From positions 90,074 through 154,073 of the forward strand of contig JAZOMG010000006.1 in NCBI GenBank assembly GCA_045653705.1: DNA of 64,000 nt, given 5' to 3'. Made by a program: the position numbers and the translations under genes. Source of the DNA: Eubacteriales bacterium. Its GTDB lineage: Bacteria; Bacillota; Clostridia; Oscillospirales; CAG-272. Below are positions 48,522 to 57,803 of the stretch, piece by piece; the first letter of the stretch is position 1, and each line of letters begins with the position of its first letter. The notes beneath the pieces were generated by a model that searched no databases, was not told the origin of the DNA, and saw nothing but the letters and a program-made list of their open reading frames with translations.

Positions 48522-48547
48522 GAGAAACTGTGTTTCTCTCATTTTTT
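48514..48547. terminator. bidirectional terminator overlapping both convergent stop codons
   Basis: AAAAAATGAGAGAAAC-tg-GTTTCTCTCATTTTTT. Confidence 0.8.
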
Positions 48548-49123
48548 CTTATTTTTATTCTTTTTGTCGAACAACGGAGCAATTACTCTGAAATTCTTAA
48601 AGCCTGTATAATACGCCAACCAAGACGTTACAAGGGCGGGGATTATGATGATGAAATATGCCCACCAGGTCTTAAGCAAGGTCGTTCCATCGGCAGACAC
48701 TTTTATAGTCATCAAAAGTCCTGCGTACATTCCCTGAAATACCATAGATATCAAGCGTAAGAGAAAATCGGCAGTTCCCACAAACTTTTCGGGTAGCGCG
48801 GGGATTTTTAAAAATACAAAGGACAGAGCGATGAGAAGATTGGGAATGTTGGAAACAAGCCCAATAAATAAGCCTGTATGCGGACGGTAGGGCTTTTTAC
48901 CTACGTCAAAGGATACTCTATCTTTTGCGCCGATCTCCCAAGTGGTGGTATACACCAAAAATAAATAAAAAATAATAGCGAAAATGCTTACCGCAATAGA
49001 CAGCTTGTCGTTGCTTGCGGCGGTTGTCGCCATTGAAAGAAACGCGCCGAAAACAGATATTGCAAACTGATTTACAAGATTTTTGACAACGTTGTATGAA
49101 TAATGTTTAAAAAAGCCTTTCAT
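48539..49123 (-). CDS. hypothetical integral membrane protein
   Basis: 194 aa with about 5 hydrophobic segments and a Lys-rich C-terminal tail. No recognisable family motif. Confidence 0.5.
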   Translation of the reverse strand: MKGFFKHYSYNVVKNLVNQFAISVFGAFLSMATTAASNDKLSIAVSIFAIIFYLFLVYTTTWEIGAKDRVSFDVGKKPYRPHTGLFIGLVSNIPNLLIALSFVFLKIPALPEKFVGTADFLLRLISMVFQGMYAGLLMTIKVSADGTTLLKTWWAYFIIIIPALVTSWLAYYTGFKNFRVIAPLFDKKNKNKKK

Positions 49124-49281
49124 TACTCCCCCAATAGATGAATAACGGTTTAATACCTTGCAGTTATTATATTAGATTTTGGAACATTTTTCAATATGAT
49201 GTAAAAAAAATTTACACTTTATCCACTAAATTATCACCGAATGTTATATAATATTATATAGATATGCTTGGAGGTCGTTTT

Positions 49282-50298
49282 ATGTCAAATAACATTCAGC
49301 TTAGCACACTTCCCTCTTTGGTTCGTGAATTTGCATCCTATAAGACAGTGGTGCAGAATTCATCGGATAAAACAGTTTCGGAATATATGTTGGATCTTCG
49401 TACTTTTTTCAGATATCTGAGAGCGAGAGATCTTAGGATAGATTTCGAGAATACAGAGGAGTTTGATAAAATTGATATTTCCGATATTGACCTTGACTAC
49501 ATAAAAAACATTACTGTTGAGGATATCTACGAGTTTTTAACCTATGCCGACAGAACAAGAGGAAATATGGCGGCTGCTAAATCAAGAAAGCTGTCATCCA
49601 TAAAAGGCTTCTTCAAATATCTTACCGTAAAAAGAATGATGCTCAGCGAAAATCCTGCGGCAAATATAGAATCACCTAAAAAGCAAAAGTCGCTTCCTAA
49701 ATTTCTGTCCCTTGAAGAAAGTGTGATGTTGCTTGAAGCGATAAAAAATGATAAGGATTCCCCAACGAGAATACGCGATTACGCAATTATAACCTTATTT
49801 TTGAATTGCGGTATGCGTGTTTCCGAGCTTACAGGTATAAATCTCGGCGACGTTGACAGACAGCTTCGATCGATGACCGTGACAGGAAAAGGAAACAAGC
49901 AAAGGATAATATATCTCAATGCCGCTTGCAGACAGGCTCTCGGTGAATATTTTGATGTGCGCCTTAGCGAAAAGCACGTAAAGGCAAACACAACCGCTCT
50001 ATTTTTAAGTAATCGAGAACAGCGAATAAGCGTAAAAACGGTTCAGTGGATGGTATATAAATATTTGGATATGGCAGGTCTTGAATCAAAGCATTATTCG
50101 GTACACAAGCTTCGTCATACCGCCGCTACGCTTATGTATCAAACGGGAAACGTAGACGTGCGAGTTCTCAAGGATATACTTGGACATGAACAGTTAAACA
50201 CTACCCAAATATATACTCACGTAAGTAATCGAAGCATGCAGGAGGCAATGGAGCATAATCCTCTTTCCGATATTAAAGGAATAGACAGCGATAAGTAA
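49282..50298 (+). CDS. tyrosine recombinase, XerC/XerD-like
   Basis: N-terminal SAM-like core-binding domain. Catalytic blocks GMRVSELTGI (Arg I), HKLRHTAAT (His-x-x-Arg) and LGHEQLNTTQIYTHV (His/Tyr). GGAGG RBS precedes ATG 49282. Confidence 0.85.
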   Translation: MSNNIQLSTLPSLVREFASYKTVVQNSSDKTVSEYMLDLRTFFRYLRARDLRIDFENTEEFDKIDISDIDLDYIKNITVEDIYEFLTYADRTRGNMAAAKSRKLSSIKGFFKYLTVKRMMLSENPAANIESPKKQKSLPKFLSLEESVMLLEAIKNDKDSPTRIRDYAIITLFLNCGMRVSELTGINLGDVDRQLRSMTVTGKGNKQRIIYLNAACRQALGEYFDVRLSEKHVKANTTALFLSNREQRISVKTVQWMVYKYLDMAGLESKHYSVHKLRHTAATLMYQTGNVDVRVLKDILGHEQLNTTQIYTHVSNRSMQEAMEHNPLSDIKGIDSDK

Positions 50299-50300
50299 AA

Positions 50301-50336
50301 AAACAGCTCAAGGATATTTTTATCTTTGAGCTGTTT
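50301..50336. terminator. bidirectional terminator between the recombinase and the convergent lipoprotein gene
   Basis: AAACAGCTCAAGGA-loop-TCTTTGAGCTGTTT. Confidence 0.75.
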
Positions 50337-50341
50337 TCTGT

Positions 50342-51559
50342 TTAGAAGCGGTAAATTTCGCTTTCGCTTAGATTTTCTATATTACCTGTAGTTGCGTATT
50401 CTCCGAGCTTAGAGGTTATATAGCTCTGATCAAGATCGCCGTATGAGGAAAGCGCTGGCGGAATTGTACCAAACAGTGTTCTGTAAATCATATGAGCTCC
50501 GACGTAGCCTGCCAATGGAGTGCTGTGCTTGTAGTAGTCGTTAACACAAAAATCATCATAGTCAACGCCGCTTTCTATCAGCATATCAATTTCATTTTTC
50601 CAATCGAGAAGCTCAACGTATTCGTTTTTAGCGGCAATTTCTACGGCTGTCCTATACTCATTATGAGCAGGAAAAACAAACAATTTGGTTTCGGATGCAC
50701 GACAGGCATCAATTATAGGAGATATAGCCGCAGCATCGTCATGGTTATAAAAACCGCAAAGGAACAGAGCATCGTATTGACCGCTTTCAAGCTCATATAA
50801 CAGCTGAGAATCAACGGAGTAGTTTTTGCTTACGGTTCCCATCCCTATGGATTGGGCGTTCACGTTGTGCTGTCCTCTGCACATATCTCTCAGAATATTG
50901 CCGATATCTGACGTTCCTATAAAGCTGTTTCCTATTATCTTTATATTTGCTCCTCTTTGTATAATATCGCTTGACAGCATAGCCGAGCCCATATTGGCAG
51001 CTGTGCTTATCAATTCTCGAGATGTGTTATATAAAACTTTATTTGCGGAAAAATCATCAAGCTCCTCATATTTTACATATATATAAACATTACGGGTATT
51101 GCCGTCCAACTCATAGCTGTATGTAAAATAGTGAATATATTCCATTTCGGCAAGTTTATAAATACTCCGCGTAGTTTCAATTTCATCCATACGAGTATCT
51201 TTAGTAAACTCACATTCAAGTTCTTTCACGCTTTCAACTGGTTCAAGAGAAATAAATCCGATATTTGATCCGCTACGTAAAATATCAAATCTACCCTCGC
51301 TGTTTTTCTTGACCGTCCATTCCTTGGGAAGATTGATACCCAATGCTATATTGTCATTATTATCAGCACAAAAATACAGCGTTTTATAGCCTTTGCTCTC
51401 AACGCAAGCGATATCCTTATACGTTAACTGCTTTTCCGTAAGCTCTCCGTCAGAGGAATCTATCGGTGGTTCCTTTATCTCAAGCTCCGCAAGATTACAT
51501 CCTACCAATGATAAAACCAGTAACATAGCGGCAATGATAAATGTAAATTTTATCTTCAT
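50342..51559 (-). CDS. putative lipoprotein, function unknown
   Basis: MKIKFTFIIAAMLLVLSLVGCN is a signal peptide plus lipobox (LVGC). GGGGG RBS precedes ATG 51559. The C-terminal half (IIGNSF...FLCGFYNHDD...VFPAHNE) is vaguely SGNH/DUF4886-like. Confidence 0.6.
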   Translation of the reverse strand: MKIKFTFIIAAMLLVLSLVGCNLAELEIKEPPIDSSDGELTEKQLTYKDIACVESKGYKTLYFCADNNDNIALGINLPKEWTVKKNSEGRFDILRSGSNIGFISLEPVESVKELECEFTKDTRMDEIETTRSIYKLAEMEYIHYFTYSYELDGNTRNVYIYVKYEELDDFSANKVLYNTSRELISTAANMGSAMLSSDIIQRGANIKIIGNSFIGTSDIGNILRDMCRGQHNVNAQSIGMGTVSKNYSVDSQLLYELESGQYDALFLCGFYNHDDAAAISPIIDACRASETKLFVFPAHNEYRTAVEIAAKNEYVELLDWKNEIDMLIESGVDYDDFCVNDYYKHSTPLAGYVGAHMIYRTLFGTIPPALSSYGDLDQSYITSKLGEYATTGNIENLSESEIYRF

Positions 51560-51587
51560 AGCTATTCCCCCTTGATGTTGTACTTTA

Positions 51588-51616
51588 ATTATACCATTAG
51601 TTGTTAAATTTGTCAA
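51588..51616 (-). promoter_or_regulatory. consensus sigma-A promoter of the lipoprotein gene
   Basis: Minus strand: TTGACA (51616-51611), a 17-nt spacer, then TATAAT (51593-51588). Confidence 0.65.
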
Positions 51617-51649
51617 TATAAAAAGTGTTGAATTTGTCAATATAAAAAG
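51602..51649. repeat. 24-bp tandem duplication (2 copies, 23/24 identical) containing the -35 box
   Basis: TGTTAAATTTGTCAATATAAAAAG (51602-51625) and TGTTGAATTTGTCAATATAAAAAG (51626-51649). Confidence 0.9.
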
Positions 51650-51681
51650 CCTATGTGTTACTCAACATAGGCTTTTTATAT
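51640..51681 (-). terminator. intrinsic terminator after spoIVA (symmetrical, 17-bp stem)
   Basis: ATATAAAAAGCCTATGT-gttactca-ACATAGGCTTTTTATAT. Confidence 0.8.
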
Positions 51682-51684
51682 AAA

Positions 51685-53163
51685 TTAAAGTATAATACAG
51701 ATAAGTCCGCCGCTTCCCTCATTGATGATGCGTTCAAGCGTCTCGGACAGCTTCGCTCTCGATTCCTCGGGCATATGCTCAAGCTTTGTATGTAGCCCCT
51801 CGTTTACAAGCTCGTAAAGGCTCTTTCCGAACACATTTGATTCCCACAGCTTTTCGGGCTCGCCCTCAAACTCCTTGAGCATATATTTTACAAGCTCCTC
51901 GGATTGCTGTTCAGTTCCTACGATCGGATTTATCACAGTTTCGATATTGGCTCTTATAAGGTGTATAGATTGAGCCGAGGCAGACAGACGGACACCGTAT
52001 CCACCCGACTGCTTTACTATTTCGGGCTCTTCAAGGTGAAGGTCCTCAATAGTTGGCATAACAATACCGTAGCCCTTTTCTTCTGCCATAGCAAGAGCTT
52101 CAGAGACACGGTCATACTGGCTCTTTGATACCGCAAGGTCTTTTAGAAGAGCAATAAGCGCGCTCTCGTTAGGTATCTCAAAGCCTGTAAGCTCGCTAAT
52201 AACAGAATAATATAGAGAATCGGAAAATTTTACGCTAACAGTAGCCTTACCTGTTCCAAGGTCAATATCGTCAATTAAATAATTTTCAACGTATTCGTTG
52301 TTACCAAGCTCGCTAAAGGCGTTCTTGATATCTCCCGTTTTCTTTATTTTATCCGCGCAAGCGCACACAGATGACCTCAATGAGGTGATAATTTTATGGT
52401 CGCTTCCCAAGGCTTCCATCCATCTCGGCAGCTCAACAGATACCTCTGAAACAGGAAATTCATGTAACACAAGCTCAAGAATATGGCTGATATCCTCCGC
52501 GTCAAGGTCTATACAGCTTACCAGCGCCACAGGAACTCCATATTTTTCCTCAAGCTCATATGCTAACGCAATAGCGCTTTCGGAAGTCGGGTTGGCAGAG
52601 TTGAGAACCATAGCGAAAGGCTTGCCGATAGATTTTAGCTCGTTAACTATTCTTTCCTCTGCGGGAACGTAGCTTTCTCTTGATATCTCTCCGATAGTGC
52701 CGTCAGAGGTTATCAGCATTCCTATTGTGGAATGCTCCTTTATAACCTTTTCCGTACCCATTTCCGCCGCCTCGACAAAGGGCATAGGCTCTTCCTGCCA
52801 AGGGGTATGAACCATTCTGGGGTGACCGTTTTCAATAGTTCCCAAAGCCTCGGAAACGATATATCCAACGCAATCTATCATTTTAACTCTCAGTGACGCG
52901 CAATCGTCTATTTTTATATGTACCGCCTCATCGGGAACAAATTTGGGCTCTGTTGTCATTACAGTTTTTCCCGCCGCCGACTGAGGCATTTCATCTCTCG
53001 CTCTGTCTCTTGAATATCCGTCGTCAATGTTGGGAAGAACAAGGGATTCCATAAAACGCTTTATAAAGGTTGATTTTCCCGTTCTTACAGGTCCGACAAC
53101 ACCGATATATATATCGCCGCCCGTTCTTTCCGCGATATCTTGATAAATTGAATGTTCCGCCAT
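51685..53163 (-). CDS. spoIVA: stage IV sporulation protein A (spore coat morphogenetic ATPase)
   Basis: IYQDIAERTGGDIYIGVVGPVRTGKSTFIKRFM N-terminus with Walker A. 492 aa. The C-terminus GGLICIIL is typical of SpoIVA. Confidence 0.93.
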   Translation of the reverse strand: MAEHSIYQDIAERTGGDIYIGVVGPVRTGKSTFIKRFMESLVLPNIDDGYSRDRARDEMPQSAAGKTVMTTEPKFVPDEAVHIKIDDCASLRVKMIDCVGYIVSEALGTIENGHPRMVHTPWQEEPMPFVEAAEMGTEKVIKEHSTIGMLITSDGTIGEISRESYVPAEERIVNELKSIGKPFAMVLNSANPTSESAIALAYELEEKYGVPVALVSCIDLDAEDISHILELVLHEFPVSEVSVELPRWMEALGSDHKIITSLRSSVCACADKIKKTGDIKNAFSELGNNEYVENYLIDDIDLGTGKATVSVKFSDSLYYSVISELTGFEIPNESALIALLKDLAVSKSQYDRVSEALAMAEEKGYGIVMPTIEDLHLEEPEIVKQSGGYGVRLSASAQSIHLIRANIETVINPIVGTEQQSEELVKYMLKEFEGEPEKLWESNVFGKSLYELVNEGLHTKLEHMPEESRAKLSETLERIINEGSGGLICIIL

Positions 53164-53226
53164 AATATGACCCTCCCGATATATTTTACAGTTAAAATAT
53201 ATGGTTGGATAATTGCTTTTAGAACA

Positions 53227-53736
53227 TCAAGCTTGTTGCTCTTGGATTATTTTGTTTATTTCATTAATGACGCTCTTGGGCAAAAGCTCATCTAAAGACT
53301 CGCCGTTCATTATTTTATTCCTTACAACCGTCGAGCTTACCTGTGACAACGCTTCATTTGATTTCAATAGAACAGTTTGCGCCATAGGATAGCGCGCGCG
53401 GTTATATTCTGCCATTGACCGCTCATACTGTAAATCAACATCGTTGCGGTATCCCTTTACTATGGAGCTTGCGTTAAGATCTCTCGCTAACTCCCAAAGC
53501 ATTCCGTCAGAGGAGATCACTTCCACGTTAGAAATATCCGATGTGGCTGCTTTTGCTATTCGTACTCGCTCATCCATAGAAAACATATATTTTTTCTCGC
53601 TGTTTATCATAACGGCAAGATAAACCTTTTGGTGGCTTTGAGCTGCCCGTTTAACAATATCGATATGCCCGAGTGTTATAGGGTCAAAGCTGCCGGGAAC
53701 AATAGCTACTTCTCTTTTATTGCTTTTCATTTTCAT
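53227..53736 (-). CDS. coaD: pantetheine-phosphate adenylyltransferase
   Basis: PGSFDPITLGHIDIV (HxGH nucleotidyltransferase motif) and ISSTVVR-like SSTVVRN. An alternative ATG is at 53730. Confidence 0.9.
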   Translation of the reverse strand: MKMKSNKREVAIVPGSFDPITLGHIDIVKRAAQSHQKVYLAVMINSEKKYMFSMDERVRIAKAATSDISNVEVISSDGMLWELARDLNASSIVKGYRNDVDLQYERSMAEYNRARYPMAQTVLLKSNEALSQVSSTVVRNKIMNGESLDELLPKSVINEINKIIQEQQA

Positions 53737-54298
53737 TTTCCTTAATTATTTCAAGTACTGTAATAACCGTTTTGCTGTATCTTGAAATTTTTTTAATACT
53801 ATAAATGCTCTGTAAACCCTTATCCGTATCTAAAAGCTTTTCAAAATCACTTTCGCAAACGATAAGCGAGGTAGGTTTTATCATTTCGTATTCATACAGT
53901 GATTTCAATATTGGAAGATATAATCCCGACGCATAGGGGGGGTCTATAAAAATAATATCATATTTTTTTCCTTTGTTACGCCTTATAAAATCGAGACTGT
54001 CGGAATTTACTATGTGGCAATATTCCCGAAGCTTGGTTTTCTCCGCGTTTTTTTCGATTATTTTTATAGCGTTTTTTGATTTATCAACAAGAGTCGCCGC
54101 AGCCGCTCCGCGGCTTACAGCTTCCAGTGCCATTTGCCCCGAGCCCGAAAAAAGGTCTAATACCTCTCTTCCCTCAATATCAAATTGAAGCATCGAAAAA
54201 ACGGCTTCCTTTACACGCTCCGAGGTAGGTCTTGTTTCTTCTCCGCTCAAGGTATCAAGCCTAATCCCTCTTGCGCGTCCTGTTATAATTCTCATCAT
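53717..54298 (-). CDS. rsmD: 16S rRNA (guanine966-N2)-methyltransferase
   Basis: RIITGRARGIRL..RPTSERVKEAVFSML, DLFSGSGQMALEAVSRGA, and IFIDPPY. Confidence 0.88.
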   Translation of the reverse strand: MMRIITGRARGIRLDTLSGEETRPTSERVKEAVFSMLQFDIEGREVLDLFSGSGQMALEAVSRGAAAATLVDKSKNAIKIIEKNAEKTKLREYCHIVNSDSLDFIRRNKGKKYDIIFIDPPYASGLYLPILKSLYEYEMIKPTSLIVCESDFEKLLDTDKGLQSIYSIKKISRYSKTVITVLEIIKENENEKQ

Positions 54299-54301
54299 AG
54301 C

Positions 54302-56155
54302 TTAGCTCTCCTTGGTATTTCCTTTATGAAAATAGCTGTATATATTGTAAGCATCGGTTTCGCTGATTCCCGTTACGTTCCTCAGCTCCGAGGGGGATGC
54401 GTTTTTTATTGCCGTTAAGCTTCCCATTACAGAGAGAAGCTTTTTTGCCTTTGTCGGTCCTATACCTGTAATTTTTTCAAGAGAGGAATGCTTTAAGGTC
54501 TTTCTCTTAGCCCCCGACGTTTTTCCAACAGTAAACCTATGAACTTCCTCTTGAATTTTATAAACAAGTATGAAAACAGACTGCTCTCTTGCAATATTTA
54601 TTTCCTCGGTTTCTGTACACAGGGCTCTTGTTTTGTGAAATTCATCCTTAACCATACCGAAAATGGGAACGTTAACAGAAAGATTTCTTGCAGCTTCTTT
54701 GGCAACCGCAACATGCCCCTTGCCACCGTCGATCAAAATCAAATCGGGATATTCCGAGAAAGAGCCGTTCTTGTCGCCAAGATGGTTTAAGCGTCTTGTA
54801 ACAGCCTCGTACATCGAAGCATAGTCATCTGGTTTATTTTCAACCGAGCGAATATTAAAGGAGCGGTAATCGCTTCTTGAGGGCTTTCCGGTTTTAAATA
54901 CCACCATACCCGCGGTGATATTCTCAGTGCCGATATTTGAAATATCGTATGCCTCTATTCTCTCGGGCAGAGCTTCAAGCTTCAAAAGATTTGCTAGAGT
55001 ATACAGCACCTCTTCATCTTTTTGAGCGGTCAGTCTATTTTGCTTTACACGCTCCTCGGCATTATTTACGGCGATCCCGCAAAGCTCGCGCAGCTGTCCT
55101 CTTTCAGGTCGGCGTATTTCTACCTTTTTACCTAATTTCTGAGCAAGAAATTCCTCAAGGTCGCTCCTGTCGCTATCATCAAGCTCAAAGGATACGGCAA
55201 TTTGCCTTGGAATATATGCGCTCATCATATAATGCTCTACGAGAAACGCGCACAAAGCGCCGCTATCTGTTATAGCCTCAGCGCCAAAGGAGAAATCGTT
55301 TTTATTTGTTATTGCCCCGTCTCTTATATACATAGCCGATATACACGCAAATGAGCTGTCGGCATATAGACCGAATACGTCTATATTAGTATCGGGATCG
55401 GCTACAACGTTCTGTTTTTGATTTAACTGTTGCAATGCCTTTATAGTGTCTCTGCAACGCGCCGCTTCCTCGAATTGCTCATTTTCCGCGTATACGGTCA
55501 TTTTTTCGGTGAGCAGATCGACAGACTCTCTCGTATGCCCCTTTAAAATATCGGCTGCGCATTTTATCAGCTCTGCATATTCATCTTTAGTTACCTTTCC
55601 TGTACATACACCGCAGCATTTTCCCATTTGGTAATATATACAGGGGCGTTCTTTCCCAATATCTCTTGGAAAAATTCGCTTACAACCGGGAATACCTAAG
55701 GTCTTATGGATAATATCCAATATAGCAAATGCTGTTGATGTACCCGAAAAAGGTCCATAATATTTTCCCCTGTCGGACGCTCGCGTTCTTGTGAATATGA
55801 CCCTCGGATATTCCCCCGCCGTAATTTTAATATACGGATAGGATTTAGCATCTTTAAGTCTTATATTGTACTTAGGCGAATACTGCTTGATCAGAGTGTT
55901 TTCAAGTGTAAGTGCCTCAATTTCGTTTTTACATACGATATATTCAAAATCATCGACCTTACATACCATTTGCAAGGTTTTAGTGTTCTTTTTGCTGTTT
56001 TGAAAGTATTGGGATACTCGGTTTTTAAGCTTACGGGATTTACCAACGTATATAACTCTGCCACTCTTATCTTTCATAATATACACGCCCGCGCTCATAG
56101 GGAGCGTGTTGGCTTTATCTAAAAGCGTTTGTAGCTTTTTTTCGTACTGAGACAT
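54302..56155 (-). CDS. uvrC: excinuclease ABC subunit C
   Basis: GIY-YIG N-terminus (GVYIMKDKSGRVIYVGKS), UVR domain, Endo V-like domain, and C-terminal (HhH)2 (ITGIGPTKAKKLL). Confidence 0.92.
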   Translation of the reverse strand: MSQYEKKLQTLLDKANTLPMSAGVYIMKDKSGRVIYVGKSRKLKNRVSQYFQNSKKNTKTLQMVCKVDDFEYIVCKNEIEALTLENTLIKQYSPKYNIRLKDAKSYPYIKITAGEYPRVIFTRTRASDRGKYYGPFSGTSTAFAILDIIHKTLGIPGCKRIFPRDIGKERPCIYYQMGKCCGVCTGKVTKDEYAELIKCAADILKGHTRESVDLLTEKMTVYAENEQFEEAARCRDTIKALQQLNQKQNVVADPDTNIDVFGLYADSSFACISAMYIRDGAITNKNDFSFGAEAITDSGALCAFLVEHYMMSAYIPRQIAVSFELDDSDRSDLEEFLAQKLGKKVEIRRPERGQLRELCGIAVNNAEERVKQNRLTAQKDEEVLYTLANLLKLEALPERIEAYDISNIGTENITAGMVVFKTGKPSRSDYRSFNIRSVENKPDDYASMYEAVTRRLNHLGDKNGSFSEYPDLILIDGGKGHVAVAKEAARNLSVNVPIFGMVKDEFHKTRALCTETEEINIAREQSVFILVYKIQEEVHRFTVGKTSGAKRKTLKHSSLEKITGIGPTKAKKLLSVMGSLTAIKNASPSELRNVTGISETDAYNIYSYFHKGNTKES

Positions 56156-56175
56156 ATTTTCACCAATCTGTTATA

Positions 56176-56210
56176 ATAAAAATGGGCTGTTGGAAACAGC
56201 CCTTAATTTT
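56176..56210 (-). terminator. intrinsic terminator after ptsH
   Basis: Minus strand: GGGCTGTT-tcc-AACAGCCC followed by ATTTTTATTAT. Confidence 0.7.
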
Positions 56211-56474
56211 TTATTCTGCAAATCCTGTCTGAACAAGCGCAATTAATTCATTAAGCGCTGTGTCCTCGTCCATTCCGTCGGCAACCAAGGTAACCGTCAT
56301 TCCCTTTGCGATGCCCATAGAAAGAACGCCCAAAAGACTCTTTGCGTTTACTCTGCGGTCATCCTTTTCTATCCAAATGGAGCTCTTAAAAGAGTTTGCT
56401 TTCTGAATGAAAAAGGTTGCAGGTCTGGCGTGCAAACCAATATTGTTCGTTACGGTAACATCTCTTTGTATCAT
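56211..56474 (-). CDS. ptsH: phosphocarrier protein HPr
   Basis: 87 aa. GLHARPA (His15 site) and KSLLGVLSMGI (Ser46 site). Confidence 0.9.
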   Translation of the reverse strand: MIQRDVTVTNNIGLHARPATFFIQKANSFKSSIWIEKDDRRVNAKSLLGVLSMGIAKGMTVTLVADGMDEDTALNELIALVQTGFAE

Positions 56475-56664
56475 AATTTCGCTCCTGTTTTCAAAAATGC
56501 TCGTAGATATAACTAATCTTCTACCATATATAATAGTATATCAAAAAATGTCAACAAAATCAATAGTTAAATATTAGTGATTTTAAATAAACTTTTCTTT
56601 CAAAAATCACAATTTATTCTCATTTTATACACAACTTGATATAAATTGATGGTATACCAATAAA

Positions 56665-57219
56665 TTATTCTACCGGTGCGATATCTGTTACAATAATATT
56701 TACGGTAACAAGCTCGGTTTTAACGGATATAACGTCTCCCGGTGCAATATGCTCTTTACCCTTGAACAAAAATCCGCTTTGGTCGGAAAACGTTCCTTTA
56801 CATACCATTCTTCCCGTTGCGTCAATTCGGGTATTGCTTGGATAAGCCACCTCTACCGCTTGGTTTGTTCCCTCGGGAACAAACGTCTTTGTTGACGGAA
56901 CTACTATTAAAGCGTTTTTTGCGTCCTCGGATGCTTCGATCAAGGTTCCAAGCTCCTCGCTGCTATCATAATAGTAAACCTTATCACCTACGTTGATATA
57001 ATTCTCTGTCTTGTATTGAATATCCTTTATCTCAAAAGAAACAGTATATTCTTTCAAGTTTCTGCTTCCTGTGAGCATATCTAAGATGTTGTATCTGAAA
57101 TATACGCCCGCAACGACGGCTACAAGTAAAACTATTATAACGACGTCAAGCGCTTTTATCTTTAATCCGCTTCTATCCTTTTTCTCAGCGTTAATAGATT
57201 TCTTTGTCATTTCGTCCAC
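56665..57219 (-). CDS. DUF4330-like single-pass membrane protein (paralog 2)
   Basis: A basic N-terminus, then LDVVIIVLLVAVVAGVYFRYN as TM, then a beta-rich domain. It shares its architecture with the upstream gene. GTG is at 57219 and an alternative ATG at 57210. Confidence 0.55.
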   Translation of the reverse strand: MDEMTKKSINAEKKDRSGLKIKALDVVIIVLLVAVVAGVYFRYNILDMLTGSRNLKEYTVSFEIKDIQYKTENYINVGDKVYYYDSSEELGTLIEASEDAKNALIVVPSTKTFVPEGTNQAVEVAYPSNTRIDATGRMVCKGTFSDQSGFLFKGKEHIAPGDVISVKTELVTVNIIVTDIAPVE

Positions 57220-57224
57220 CGTCC

Positions 57225-57785
57225 TTAGTACTCTGTTATTCCTACGCAGTACCCCTCGCCTCTATAATCGGGGAAATGTAGGTAAAGCTTTTCTCCAACG
57301 GCGATACGCGTTGAATTGATACTGTAGCCTGCGCCTTCCGCATAGCTCGCGTCGGCTATGACGGTAATAACAACATTATATTTATCGGGGTATTCTATGG
57401 GCGTAACGGTATATTCCGTAACAGTTTCGCCTACTTCATTTTCACGCTGTATCTCATCAAATCTGTATTCGCTGTACTTGGTATTATAATCCACCATAGT
57501 AACGCTTCCAAGTACGCTTTTAGATACTCCGTCTATAACCTGATCGTTTGCCTTTATCTTATCTATAAAGGCTTCATCCACGTTAGTCAGCTCTATTTCA
57601 TACTGAATGCTCCGCGTGTTTTTGTTGGTCAGATTTTTTATAAGAGATACGGGAGAAAATACGTAAACAAGCGCTCCTGCTACTAAAATAGCAAGAACTA
57701 TTAATATCGCATCAATAAAATTAAACCTACCTCTTTTTTTCTTTTTGGGTGAGGTCTGGTTTGCACCGTTTAAGGAACTGTTCAT
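57225..57785 (-). CDS. DUF4330-like single-pass membrane protein (paralog 1)
   Basis: KKKKRGRFNFIDAILIVLAILVAGALVYVF N-terminal anchor typical of DUF4330, followed by a beta-rich domain. The ATG at 57785 has AGAGGA 5 nt upstream. The ORF-track ATG is at 57800. Confidence 0.55.
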   Translation of the reverse strand: MNSSLNGANQTSPKKKKRGRFNFIDAILIVLAILVAGALVYVFSPVSLIKNLTNKNTRSIQYEIELTNVDEAFIDKIKANDQVIDGVSKSVLGSVTMVDYNTKYSEYRFDEIQRENEVGETVTEYTVTPIEYPDKYNVVITVIADASYAEGAGYSINSTRIAVGEKLYLHFPDYRGEGYCVGITEY

Positions 57786-57803
57786 ATTTTGTCCTCTCAT
57801 CCT

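Noticed and set aside
51602-51649. A possible CRISPR or other repeat array.
   Set aside because: There are only two directly abutting 24-bp copies with no spacers, and no cas genes. This is a simple tandem duplication.
49124-51684. An integrated mobile element or invertible promoter associated with the tyrosine recombinase.
   Set aside because: There are no flanking inverted or direct repeats around the recombinase or the lipoprotein promoter other than the tandem duplication and the terminator stem. There are no phage, transposon or tRNA features.
53164-53226. A sigma-E promoter for spoIVA in the short spacer after coaD.
   Set aside because: Only a weak CATATATT-like -10 is present, without a convincing -35. 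The real promoter may lie inside coaD, so it is not reported as a feature.
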